Source: Candidatus Collierbacteria bacterium GW2011_GWB1_44_6 (lineage in GTDB: Bacteria > Patescibacteriota > Microgenomatia > UBA1400 > MFAQ01). From it: a DNA stretch of 48,344 nucleotides. The notes beneath the pieces are model-generated. The model was not told where the DNA came from and searched no databases. It was given only the letters and a program-made list of their open reading frames with translations. The position numbers were made by a program, and so were the translations under genes. Below, piece by piece: positions 16,406-26,201 of this stretch (positions are counted from its first letter, which is position 1; the number at the start of each line of letters is the position of its first letter). The stretch is from positions 1 through 48,344 of the forward strand of contig LCJG01000001.1 in NCBI GenBank assembly GCA_000998025.1. Reading direction: 5' to 3'.

Positions 16406-19351
16406 ATGGCCAACGTAAAATATCAAATCAAAGACGTCGAAGCAGCCCCTGATTTTCCGGCGCTGGAAAAGAGACTCCTTGATCACTGGTACCAAGACGG
16501 CATCGTCGAAAAATACCTTCACAAGAACGACAATTCACACAAAAAGTTCTACTTTCAAGATGGTCCGATCACGGCTAATAACCCCATGGGAGTTCATCAT
16601 GCTTGGGGTAGAACTTATAAAGATCTCTGGCAGCGTTACAAAAATATGCGGGGTTACAAGCAGAGATTCCAGAACGGTTTTGATTGTCAGGGTTTATGGG
16701 TAGAGGTAGAGGTAGAAAAAGAGTTAGGCTTCAAACTAAAAAAAGACATTGAAACGTACGGTGTGGCTAACTTTATCCAACACTGTAAGGAACGGGTAGT
16801 CAAATACTCTGATATTCAAACTGGCCAAAGTAAGAGACTCGGATATTTCATGGACTGGGAAAATTCCTATTTCACCATGTCGGACGAAAACAATTACATG
16901 ATCTGGCATTTTCTCAAAGTCTGCTACGAAAAGGGTTGGATCTACAAAGGCCACGACTCAGTACCATGGTGCCCTCGCTGTGAAACAGCCATATCTCAAC
17001 ACGAGATGCTTACCGAGGACTACAAAGAGTTAACTCACAAATCAATATTCTTTGAGCTACCCATTACCGGCAGGGATGATGAGTTTTTGCTTGTATGGAC
17101 TACAACACCATGGACACTTCCGGCCAACATTGCTGTCGCTGTTGACGAAAAACAGGATTATTCCCTAGTCGAAGGTAGTGAGGGTCACAAATTTTGGGTA
17201 CTCAAAGATCTGGTGGAGAATGTTTTTAAAGGAAGTTACCGTAGTATCGTTAAAACTGTCAAAGGTAAAGAGCTTGTGGGGCTTCACTACACCGGTCCAT
17301 TCGACATAATTCCTGCCATCGAAAAAGTCGCTTCAGAAAACCCGGACAAATTCCACACCGTCGTCCCGACCGACTCATTAATCATGCCGATCAGTAATAC
17401 GGAAGGTACTGGATTGGTTCATACTGCCGTTAGTGCCGGAACCGAGGACTTTGCTCTTGGCAGGAAACTCGGCTTACCGATGATCCCGATTATTGCAGAC
17501 AATGCCGATTATCTTCCAGGATTGGACTGGCTCTCCGGACAAAATGCCAAGAAACACCCCGAAGTAATTCTTGATTACCTGATGGAGAGACAAAACAAAG
17601 GAGAAAATTGGGTTTTCAAAATCGAAAACTATACTCACAGATACCCCGCTTGCTGGAGATGTAAGACAGAACTAGTCTGGAAAGTAGCGGATGAGTGGTA
17701 CGTTGCGATGGATAAAATTGATCCAGCTGACAAAAAAGGCAGAACTCTTCGTCAGAAAATGATCGATAGTGCAAACAGGATTTCTTGGAAACCGGAATTT
17801 GGACTCGGACGGGAACTCGACTGGCTTAATAACATGCACGACTGGCTCATCAGCAAGAAGAATCGTTATTGGGGTTTGGCCTTACCAATTTGGGTCTGTG
17901 ACAAGTGTGGTAAATTCGAGGTAATCGGAGGAAAAGAAGAATTAAAAGACAAAGCTTCTTCTGGTTGGGACCAGTTTGAGGGACGTTCTCCTCACAAACC
18001 ATATATCGATGAAGTAAAAATAAAACACACTTGCGGAGGAACCATGTCTCGCATCCCCGATGTTGGGAATCCTTGGCTAGATGCAGGAATCGTACCCTTT
18101 TCAACTTTAGTAGATCCCGAAACAAAACAAGTCAGTTACACTTCAGACAAAAAATATTGGAAAGAATGGTTCCCTGCGGATTTCATCACTGAATCTTTTC
18201 CTGGTCAATTTAAGAATTGGTTTTACTCATTAATAGCTATGAGTACTGTTTTGGAGGACACCAATCCTTTCGAAACGGTTCTTGGTTTTGCCAGTATGTT
18301 GGGAGAAGATGGGCGCGCCATGCACAAATCTTGGGGAAACTCTATCGAGTTCAACGAAGGCGCCGACAAGATCGGAGTGGATGTCATGCGCTGGTCTTTT
18401 GTCCGCCACAACCCAGAAAGGAATCTGCTTTTTGGATACAAAATGACTGCTGACACCAAGCGTCTTTTCCACATGTTGCTTTGGAACTCATATCGTTTTT
18501 TCGCCAGTTATGCCTCGCTCGAAAAGTGGGAACCTAAAGTTGAAATTGATACGGTACCCGGTAAATTAGACTTGTGGGTATTACACCGTCTGGACCAGAC
18601 CGTTATCGAAGTCGAAAAAGGTCTCGATATTTATGACGCTTTTAGCGCCTCTGCGGCCATTGAAGGTTTTGTTTCTGACTTATCTACTTGGTATATACGC
18701 CGTTCCAGAGACCGCATCGGTCCCTCGGCCGAAAATGTAGCAGACAAAGAAGTTTGCTATCGAACTCTCAGGACAGTATTCGATGTTCTCTCGAGAATTT
18801 GCATGCCCTTTATCCCCTTTATGTCGGAGATGATCTATATCAATATTTCGGGTAATGAGTCGGTAAACTTGGCGGACTGGCCAGAAGTAAACACTCCGGA
18901 GGTAATAGACACAAAACTTATCAGCACGATGAGTATATTAAGAAAAATTTGTGAAATGGGTCATTCCGTAAGGAAGAGTAAGGGTATCGCCGTCAAACAG
19001 CCATTGTCGAAAGTCATCATTACTGGTCCGAGGACCGGCATCGAAGATGAAAACGAACTGCTTCAACTTATTAAAGACGAATTAAATGTAGAGGCTATAG
19101 AGTTTGTGATTTCCAAAGAGGTTGAAGTTGACTTGGACACAGAGCTAACACCAGAACTTATGAGCAAAGGGAAGATAAGAGAAACTGTTCGTGCAATTCA
19201 GGAAGCCAGAAAATTGTCCGGCTGCCGTCTGGACGAGGTAGTCTCAGTCATCCTTCCGGAGTGGCCAGCAGAGTACGAAAATATCATCAAACAGAAAACT
19301 TTGGTAAAAGATCTCCAAAAAGGGGAGACGATCAAAATAATTAGATCCTAA
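16406..19351 (+). CDS. ileS: Isoleucine--tRNA ligase, type 2
   Basis: DGPITAN, GFDCQGL, WTTTPWTLPAN, GTGLVHTA, DW.IS..RYWG, D.LS.WYIRRSR; GVHH and AMHKS replace HIGH/KMSKS. Confidence 0.95.
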   Translation: MANVKYQIKDVEAAPDFPALEKRLLDHWYQDGIVEKYLHKNDNSHKKFYFQDGPITANNPMGVHHAWGRTYKDLWQRYKNMRGYKQRFQNGFDCQGLWVEVEVEKELGFKLKKDIETYGVANFIQHCKERVVKYSDIQTGQSKRLGYFMDWENSYFTMSDENNYMIWHFLKVCYEKGWIYKGHDSVPWCPRCETAISQHEMLTEDYKELTHKSIFFELPITGRDDEFLLVWTTTPWTLPANIAVAVDEKQDYSLVEGSEGHKFWVLKDLVENVFKGSYRSIVKTVKGKELVGLHYTGPFDIIPAIEKVASENPDKFHTVVPTDSLIMPISNTEGTGLVHTAVSAGTEDFALGRKLGLPMIPIIADNADYLPGLDWLSGQNAKKHPEVILDYLMERQNKGENWVFKIENYTHRYPACWRCKTELVWKVADEWYVAMDKIDPADKKGRTLRQKMIDSANRISWKPEFGLGRELDWLNNMHDWLISKKNRYWGLALPIWVCDKCGKFEVIGGKEELKDKASSGWDQFEGRSPHKPYIDEVKIKHTCGGTMSRIPDVGNPWLDAGIVPFSTLVDPETKQVSYTSDKKYWKEWFPADFITESFPGQFKNWFYSLIAMSTVLEDTNPFETVLGFASMLGEDGRAMHKSWGNSIEFNEGADKIGVDVMRWSFVRHNPERNLLFGYKMTADTKRLFHMLLWNSYRFFASYASLEKWEPKVEIDTVPGKLDLWVLHRLDQTVIEVEKGLDIYDAFSASAAIEGFVSDLSTWYIRRSRDRIGPSAENVADKEVCYRTLRTVFDVLSRICMPFIPFMSEMIYINISGNESVNLADWPEVNTPEVIDTKLISTMSILRKICEMGHSVRKSKGIAVKQPLSKVIITGPRTGIEDENELLQLIKDELNVEAIEFVISKEVEVDLDTELTPELMSKGKIRETVRAIQEARKLSGCRLDEVVSVILPEWPAEYENIIKQKTLVKDLQKGETIKIIRS

Positions 19352-20407
19352 ATGCGTCAAAGCAAGGGTCTCCTGATAGCTGCTCTGATATTAATTCAGG
19401 TTCTTAGTTTGGTTACAATTTGGAGCACCTTTCCTGAGCTATTCTTAACTCAGCTTTCGTTTGTCGTCGCCGGTATCATCATCGTCCTTTTACTTTCGAA
19501 GATCGATTTACAGATGCTGTTTAGTCTCTCTACCTTGTTCTACTTACTAAGCCTGATTCTATTAATTGTTACGATGTTCCTTGGCCGGAATATCCGCGGC
19601 TCAGTTCGGTGGATTGACCTTGGTTTCTTTAATCTTCAGACGTCAGAAATTGTTAAACCTCTCCTGGCACTATATTATTCGGCCTATCTTTCGAGGATAA
19701 AAAAGATTAACTGGAAAGAGATCTTGATATTTCTCGGATTCGCCCTACCCCCCATCGTCTTGGTTGCGGTTCAGCCCGATCTTGGTTCTGCCCTCACCCT
19801 AACTTTCTTACCTTTGGCACTACTGGCTTTTTCGGGACAAATAAAGAAACTCCTCCTAATTGGAGTCGTTTTTATTAGTATATTCGTTCCTTTAGAGTCA
19901 AAGATATTGAAACCATATCAGCGGCAAAGAATTGAGACGTTCATTAACCCCTATGGAGATCCCAAAGGTGCCGGATACAACGTGATACAGGCAACCATCG
20001 CAGTCGGTTCTGGAAAAGTCCTAGGGAAAGGAGTTAGACTGGGTACCCAATCACACTTAAATTTTTTACCCGAAAGGCATACTGATTTTATTTTTGCTTC
20101 ATTCGTAGAAGAGTTTGGCCTGATTGGAGCTTTGGTTTTGTTTTTCTCCTATGGCGTCGTTTTTCGATATTGTCTAGTAAGCTTTAAGCGTCTCAGAGAC
20201 CGTTCTTCGATATTACTCTCCTTGTCAATATTTCTCGTATTCCTCTTTCAGTTCGCCGTCAATATTGGAATGAACCTTGGAATTATGCCGGTCACTGGGA
20301 TCACCTTGCCCCTATTTTCTTATGGGGGAAGCTCGCTTCTCAGCTTTGCGATTTTTATAGGACTGCTCCTCCGTCAGCTTGATTTAATGGCTCTCTTTGA
20401 GATATAA
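19352..20407 (+). CDS. rodA: SEDS protein RodA
   Basis: GSVRWI, QTSEIVK, QPDLG, GYNVIQA.IAVGSG, FLPERHTDFIF, PVTGITLPLFSYGGSS. Confidence 0.92.
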   Translation: MRQSKGLLIAALILIQVLSLVTIWSTFPELFLTQLSFVVAGIIIVLLLSKIDLQMLFSLSTLFYLLSLILLIVTMFLGRNIRGSVRWIDLGFFNLQTSEIVKPLLALYYSAYLSRIKKINWKEILIFLGFALPPIVLVAVQPDLGSALTLTFLPLALLAFSGQIKKLLLIGVVFISIFVPLESKILKPYQRQRIETFINPYGDPKGAGYNVIQATIAVGSGKVLGKGVRLGTQSHLNFLPERHTDFIFASFVEEFGLIGALVLFFSYGVVFRYCLVSFKRLRDRSSILLSLSIFLVFLFQFAVNIGMNLGIMPVTGITLPLFSYGGSSLLSFAIFIGLLLRQLDLMALFEI

Positions 20408-20415
20408 TTGCGCCC

Positions 20416-20742
20416 ATGGCAGACAAAAATATCTACGCGGTCATTCAACTTGGCTCAAAACAATATCTTATTAAAGAAGGCGACAAGGTCGTGGCTGAAA
20501 AAATTGATCTAAAAGACGGGGAAACTTTAACTGTCAAAGAAGTGCTTCTTGGGTACGACGGTACTAAGACCACCATAGGTCAACCTTATGTCGAAAACGC
20601 TACCGTGGAACTCATAAACGAAGGCGTCAAGAGAGGGGAAAAAATTCTCGTTGCCAAGTTTAAGGCCAAATCCCGTTATCGCAGAGTCATGGGACACCGT
20701 CAATTAGGCAGCCATTTTACTGTCAAAGCTATAAAACTCTAA
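20416..20742 (+). CDS. rplU: 50S ribosomal protein bL21
   Basis: YAVIQLGSKQY, IGQPYV, KFKAKSRYRRVMGHRQ. Confidence 0.97.
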   Translation: MADKNIYAVIQLGSKQYLIKEGDKVVAEKIDLKDGETLTVKEVLLGYDGTKTTIGQPYVENATVELINEGVKRGEKILVAKFKAKSRYRRVMGHRQLGSHFTVKAIKL

Positions 20743-20746
20743 TATT

Positions 20747-21799
20747 ATGCGCTTTTTACTCTTCGTTGGAGCCAGCAACACACTGGCGGAATTTGAGGTG
20801 GGCGCCCAAATCAAAGACGCTCGACTTATTCAGGATAACATTTACATTTTTGAGTCTGATTCTGAAGTCGATGCGCAAAACACCGTTTCAAGGCTCGGCT
20901 GCAGCATAAAACTAGCCAAAGAGCTCCCCGGTGTCGCTGCTCAAAATGAATCGATTGCCGATCTCATCACGCATAAAAATTTCTCAATCACATCAATAAA
21001 TGACTTTTCGATATCGCCAAAAATAAATCAAGATGTCAAAAACCTCCTGGAAAGAGGTAGGTTTATAGTTCCCAAAGATCAATTTGGGCTTTCTCCAATC
21101 CTACTTAGAAAGCACAAAATAGATGAATTCTTCCTGGATTCCCAAAAAGACGAAGTTTGGCAAACTATTTGGGTTCACGATTTTGAGCATTGGATAAAAA
21201 AGGATCGGCACATGCCCTTCGCCAATGCCAAAGCCGGAATCCTGCCACCCAAGATAGCTAGAAGCATGGTAAACCTCGTCCCTCTAGACCCTGCAGGAAA
21301 GCTGTTGGTTGACCCCTTCTGCGGCTCAGGTCGCGTCTTGGTTGAGGCTGCCGAGCTGGGCTATCTCGTTGGCGGCGCTGACATTTCTGCGCAGCAGGTT
21401 CGGGAAACTCAGGCAAACCTCTCCTCTTTGGGTTTTGAGGTCCAATCGGACGTCCTTGACGCTACCCATCTCTCAGAAAAGTTCCATGAAGTCGATGTTA
21501 TAGTCACAGAGCCATTTTTGGGTAAACCCAATCTCCGCCCGGATCAAATTAAATACCTTATACCTGGCCTTCAAAAACTTTATCTAGGTTGTCTAAAGGA
21601 TTGGCTCAAGGTCTTGAAGGCTCATGGTTACGTAATCATGGTTTTTCCCTGGTTCGAAGTTGGTAAACAAGTCTATAAGACAAGTAGTGTCATTGACGGG
21701 AAGCTGGAATTGAGTTACAATTTCCACAAACGCGGGATCCTCTATTCACGCCCCGGTGCGGACGTAAAACGCGAAATCGTTATCTTACAAAAAAAATAA
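20747..21799 (+). CDS. Trm11/UPF0020-like SAM-dependent RNA methyltransferase
   Basis: LPPKIARSMVNL, DPFCGSG, IVTEPFLG (D/EPPY-like). Confidence 0.8.
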   Translation: MRFLLFVGASNTLAEFEVGAQIKDARLIQDNIYIFESDSEVDAQNTVSRLGCSIKLAKELPGVAAQNESIADLITHKNFSITSINDFSISPKINQDVKNLLERGRFIVPKDQFGLSPILLRKHKIDEFFLDSQKDEVWQTIWVHDFEHWIKKDRHMPFANAKAGILPPKIARSMVNLVPLDPAGKLLVDPFCGSGRVLVEAAELGYLVGGADISAQQVRETQANLSSLGFEVQSDVLDATHLSEKFHEVDVIVTEPFLGKPNLRPDQIKYLIPGLQKLYLGCLKDWLKVLKAHGYVIMVFPWFEVGKQVYKTSSVIDGKLELSYNFHKRGILYSRPGADVKREIVILQKK

Positions 21800-21805
21800 A
21801 AATAT

Positions 21806-22057
21806 ATGGCACACGTTAAATCTGGTGGAGCTACCAGGCAACACGCTCAGAGAGCAGGTAAAAGACTTGGGGTCAAAATTTATGGTGGTCAGGCCATAAA
21901 GACAGGCCAAATTGTCGTCAGGCAACGCGGTGCTCAATTTCATGCCGGCGTAAATACCGAGCTTGGTCGCGACTTCACCCTTTTTGCCCTAGCAGAAGGA
22001 GTCGTCAAATTCAGAAAACTAAATGGAGTAAATTACGTTGACGTAATTTCACAATAA
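21806..22057 (+). CDS. rpmA: 50S ribosomal protein bL27
   Basis: [30 protein letters not shown]. Confidence 0.97.
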   Translation: MAHVKSGGATRQHAQRAGKRLGVKIYGGQAIKTGQIVVRQRGAQFHAGVNTELGRDFTLFALAEGVVKFRKLNGVNYVDVISQ

Positions 22058-23035
22058 ATGGACGACAAACCGATTGCAGTTCTTCCAATAGATTACTTAC
22101 AACCCAATCCTCTTCAGCCCAGAGGGGTCATCACCCCCGAATCTCTCTCCGAGTTAGTTGATTCCATCAAGACCCACGGTATTATTCAACCACTCGTTGT
22201 AGCTCACACTCCTGCCGGCTACCAAATAATTGCCGGTGAGCGCCGCTGGCGTGCCAGCAAACTCTGCGGACTCAAAGAGGTCCCTGTCCGCATCATAGAG
22301 ACATCACCCCAAGGTATGCTCGAAATGGCGATAGTTGAGAACGTTCAAAGAACGGACCTCAACCCAATTGACCGGGCAAACTCATTTGAACGCTTAATTA
22401 AGGAATTCAATCTTGGAAACTCAGACATTAGCCAAAGAATCGGTAAAAGTCCGGCCTTTGTCAGCAATACCCTAAGGTTGCTGGAGCTTCCAGATGCCCT
22501 GAAGGATGGTCTAATCTCTGGTGTCATCTCTGAAGGCCACGCCAGGGCCCTAGCTGCCATCCCAGACACTCAATCCATGATTGAGGCGTATAAGATCATT
22601 CTCCGTGAGGGTGGGTCTGTGAGGCGCGCAGAAGAGCTTTCCCGCAGATTCAAAAAGACCATGAACCGTACCAAACCAGGTGACGGTTACAACACTAAAA
22701 CAGTCAACGAGTTTATCGATAAAATGGCTGAAGAAATTCAAGGCTCCATTGGCGAGAATGCTCACGTCAAGATGCGTCGTTCTAGATTGGAAACCGCCAT
22801 CCACATCGTCCTCAAGGGAAATCCCGAAGAAACAGAAAAACAAATTCAAAAAATTCACGACTCACTCGTCATCCCGGGCGCAACTCCTATCATTGCTAAG
22901 AGCGATAGCGACGAAGCAATCTCCGACACTCAAGAGTCCGTCGAAAACACCTACTCAAATCCCTTCGAACCCTTTTCTGACGCCTTCGCCCCGGTCACTG
23001 CCGACCCAGCCACAGAAACCCCCCGCGAATACTAG
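22058..23035 (+). CDS. parB: ParB/Spo0J partition protein
   Basis: NPLQPR, GIIQPL, IAGERRWRA, ENVQRTDL, HTH IGKSPAFVSNTLRLL, SEGHARAL. Confidence 0.92.
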   Translation: MDDKPIAVLPIDYLQPNPLQPRGVITPESLSELVDSIKTHGIIQPLVVAHTPAGYQIIAGERRWRASKLCGLKEVPVRIIETSPQGMLEMAIVENVQRTDLNPIDRANSFERLIKEFNLGNSDISQRIGKSPAFVSNTLRLLELPDALKDGLISGVISEGHARALAAIPDTQSMIEAYKIILREGGSVRRAEELSRRFKKTMNRTKPGDGYNTKTVNEFIDKMAEEIQGSIGENAHVKMRRSRLETAIHIVLKGNPEETEKQIQKIHDSLVIPGATPIIAKSDSDEAISDTQESVENTYSNPFEPFSDAFAPVTADPATETPREY

Positions 23036-23052
23036 GAAAAACCTAAACTTTC

Positions 23053-23619
23053 TTACTCAGTTGCCTTTACCGGCTCCATCACGAGTCCAGCAGTGTCGGG
23101 CGGCCAGTACCTGAAAAATACTCTTCCTACAATGTTTCTGAATGGGACTGGACCCCAATCTCGGCTATCGGACGAATGATCCCTATTGTCTCCAAAAGTA
23201 AAAACCTCTCCATCCTGTATGGTATATGTTTCGCCTTCGTGTAAAAATTGCCCGGGTGCTGTTGTATATTCAGTTGGAAGATAAAATTCATCCAGCCTTT
23301 GACCGTCAATGTAGACAAACCCATCATTAACGCTTATGGTTTGTCCCGGTGTGGCTATCACGCGTTTAATAAAATCGTAATTTTCGTTGATGGGAGCCTT
23401 AAAAACAACGACATCTCCGTATTTTGGCGCCCTTAGTTTGTAAGTGACCTTGTCTGTCAGGAGATATTCTTTATCCTTAAAGGTAGGAAACATCGAACTC
23501 CCTTTGACCTGATGTGGCTGCATAAGAAACAAATAAACTACCACGAATACAGACGCTGATATAACAAAAGCCTCGACAAACTCGTAAACAACATGAACCA
23601 ACTTTCGAAAGAAAGACAT
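23053..23619 (-). CDS. lepB: Signal peptidase I
   Basis: GSSMFPT (Ser), FIKRVI (Lys), GDNRDHSSDSRDWG. Confidence 0.95.
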   Translation of the reverse strand: MSFFRKLVHVVYEFVEAFVISASVFVVVYLFLMQPHQVKGSSMFPTFKDKEYLLTDKVTYKLRAPKYGDVVVFKAPINENYDFIKRVIATPGQTISVNDGFVYIDGQRLDEFYLPTEYTTAPGQFLHEGETYTIQDGEVFTFGDNRDHSSDSRDWGPVPFRNIVGRVFFRYWPPDTAGLVMEPVKATE

Positions 23620-23666
23620 CTCTTCAGTTTAGCTTGGCTGATATAATTATTCAAGCCGACAATCAT

Positions 23667-23740
23667 GGACTCTTAGCTCAGTTGGTTAGAGCGCTGCATT
23701 CACATTGCAGAGGTCGCAGGTTCGATTCCTGCAGGGTCCA
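23667..23740 (+). tRNA. tRNA-Val(CAC)
   Basis: GGACTCT/AGGGTCC acceptor, GCTC/GAGC D stem, CTGCA-TTCACAT-TGCAG anticodon arm, GCAGG-TTCGATT-CCTGC T arm; CCA not encoded in register. Confidence 0.97.
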
Positions 23741-23747
23741 CACCACA

Positions 23748-26165
23748 CTACTTAATCTGCAAGGCGTATCCCATTAGGATATCTGCCTGGATTTGTTTGT
23801 CTAGCTTTACCCACATCTTTGAATTGGAAACTTCCTTAGACTCGCTCGATCTATCCAATGCCAAAGCGGCCAAAGCAGAACCAAAGTAGCTAAGTTTCTG
23901 TTTTGGCTCAGACAGTTGTTTATTTACACCCGCTCCGTTTAAGGAGTTTGGCAGGGGACTGCTTGCCAAAATAGTTTCCATGACTTGATCAATGGCGTTC
24001 CACATATCTATAGCATTTTCAAAATATTCATAATTTGTTGTTCTTTTTGCTTTTTTATATTCATCTCGAAGACTAACTCGCAAAGTTGTAGCTGACAGTA
24101 TACGTCTGTTCATAGCTGCCGTTTGATCAGCCAATAGTTCGATGTTTCCTTTTGTGTCCCACTTTGGCGAATATTCATTAAGTTTCTTTTTTGCTTCAAG
24201 TAAATATCTGGCCGAAGTAAGATCATCACCCACCACGTTCACCGAACCACCTTCCACTGTAAACTTGTCTGTTTGTCCGATATTTTTTAAATCACCCGTG
24301 ACCGTCTCCCACTGGCCATTGGAAGTAATGTTTCCCAAATGTAATTTATATTTGCCGGTTTCATTCGCAATTACTTTCACCACTACTTTGCTTCCGTCAT
24401 ACCCGGGTAAAAAGTAGAGTTTTCCGTCTGCGAGTGAAACTCCTCCGGAAAGATTACACGAGCTTTCGTCCGCATTGCAGACAGTTATCGTTCCCGGGGA
24501 CTGCAACACCGCCACCAAGGCGTTTTGTTCACTGGTCGTACTGCCACCGACAATGTCATCAGTCGCCAATCCCAAAGATTCAAAAATTTTCCTGATATTT
24601 TGGTCGTGGGCAACCAGGTTTGCATGACTTCCGTTTCCTGGTATTTCAGTTGTGAAGGGTCCCTTGGCGCTGTTTTTAATCACCGTGCCGTCCCCAGGCT
24701 GAAACTCATACGGGTCAGCGTACGCTGGCTTCCCATCTTCCCAAAGCCCAAACAGTTTTTCATATGTACTAGGCTTCTCCGCATTTACAACCGCTCTGGT
24801 TTGTTCATCGCTACTCCAAAGTGGAAGCAAGATCTCGTTTACCACAGCACTGGCTCCATTAAGATTTTTTAAGTATTGATTTTTTTGTTTCAGCGAGTCC
24901 CACGGCTGAAGTTCACCGTTTTTCGCTATATAGTCGGTAGTGGGCAACAGATCTTTGACGGATGGTGCTATGCGTCTGATGGCGTCTATTTTTGTTTCTC
25001 CAGGCTTGCGGTGGAGTTGCGCTTGAGTTTCAAGTAATACTTTTTCCCACCAGACATCACCCCACACAGAAGCTCCCTCCCAAATGTTGTACGCTTCTAA
25101 AGTACCCTCATGTGGCGATCCGGCGGTGATTATTTTGTTCACCTTTTCAAGTCCATATTTTTGGGCATATGCTCGCGCCACCAGTCCACCCATACTATGG
25201 CCAATAAAATTACTCTTTTTTTCATCAAGATTTTTTTCCTCCAAAAATGATTTCAAATCATCCGCCAATTGGTCCAGTGGCTTCCTCCAGTCATATGCAA
25301 AGACAAACAAATCCTTTCCTTCCTCGTATCCAGCGTCTATTGTTGACTGCTTAAGCCCATCATATACTTTGACATAATCCGGTATCTTCCAGTTGTTTCC
25401 CTCAGTCCCCGTCAAAATCGCCAACTCATCCCAACTCCCTCCAAACCCAGGGATAACCACCACGGGGACCTTGCTCTCTTTCGCATTAAAGATTCGAAAA
25501 TAATCAACGAGGATAGACGACCACGTCTGTGATTGGCTTGTTCTTTGAGGGTTCCCAATCCAAAATTGTGAAATTTTTCTTGAGCTATCTTTCGTTTCAA
25601 AAGAGTCGTCGTTAAAAGTCAGCACATAATGATCTTCTTTTTCTTCAATACTGATATCAATCCAACCGCCGTATGCGGCATAGGCAATATGCGTGTACGA
25701 TCCGTTTGTACAGCTCAACGAGTTTTGTAGACACAGAGAGGTTGATATATCCACAATATTATTGTTTACTGGCCATACGGCAAATATTAAGTCGCCCGAT
25801 GCTAGGTTAGAAGTTGTTCCGTTCGTAAGTAATTTATCTGTGAAAATCGCCCCATTTCCATAAGTCAATGGTCCTGAAAATTTAAGTCTCAAATCAATTA
25901 CAAAATCTTTCTCGGGTAATTCAATGTTTTTTAAAAACATATATGGAAAGTAAACGCCGGGGTTTGAAGTTAGACTAAGTTGGGTACTATTAATTATTTT
26001 AATATCCCCACCTGTGTTTGGATTAAATTGCCAATGAGTGTTATCTAAACTGGCAAAATCTTCGGAGAAAATACTCTCTATAGCTAGAGCCTTGCCGGGT
26101 AAAATCAGTTGGAGTGACAAATAAACAAAGAGACAAAACCAACGAAAGGATGCAGGTGCTTTCAT
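23748..26165 (-). CDS. Secreted LCAT/PGAP1-like alpha/beta hydrolase with N-terminal beta-sandwich domain
   Basis: Signal peptide (ALA|IE); PVVVIPGFGGS, FAYDWRK, GHSMGG, GSPHEGT, GDGTV, HANL. Confidence 0.85.
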   Translation of the reverse strand: MKAPASFRWFCLFVYLSLQLILPGKALAIESIFSEDFASLDNTHWQFNPNTGGDIKIINSTQLSLTSNPGVYFPYMFLKNIELPEKDFVIDLRLKFSGPLTYGNGAIFTDKLLTNGTTSNLASGDLIFAVWPVNNNIVDISTSLCLQNSLSCTNGSYTHIAYAAYGGWIDISIEEKEDHYVLTFNDDSFETKDSSRKISQFWIGNPQRTSQSQTWSSILVDYFRIFNAKESKVPVVVIPGFGGSWDELAILTGTEGNNWKIPDYVKVYDGLKQSTIDAGYEEGKDLFVFAYDWRKPLDQLADDLKSFLEEKNLDEKKSNFIGHSMGGLVARAYAQKYGLEKVNKIITAGSPHEGTLEAYNIWEGASVWGDVWWEKVLLETQAQLHRKPGETKIDAIRRIAPSVKDLLPTTDYIAKNGELQPWDSLKQKNQYLKNLNGASAVVNEILLPLWSSDEQTRAVVNAEKPSTYEKLFGLWEDGKPAYADPYEFQPGDGTVIKNSAKGPFTTEIPGNGSHANLVAHDQNIRKIFESLGLATDDIVGGSTTSEQNALVAVLQSPGTITVCNADESSCNLSGGVSLADGKLYFLPGYDGSKVVVKVIANETGKYKLHLGNITSNGQWETVTGDLKNIGQTDKFTVEGGSVNVVGDDLTSARYLLEAKKKLNEYSPKWDTKGNIELLADQTAAMNRRILSATTLRVSLRDEYKKAKRTTNYEYFENAIDMWNAIDQVMETILASSPLPNSLNGAGVNKQLSEPKQKLSYFGSALAALALDRSSESKEVSNSKMWVKLDKQIQADILMGYALQIK

Positions 26166-26201
26166 TGTTAAACTAAATTATTAATGTTATCCTCACATAA
26201 A

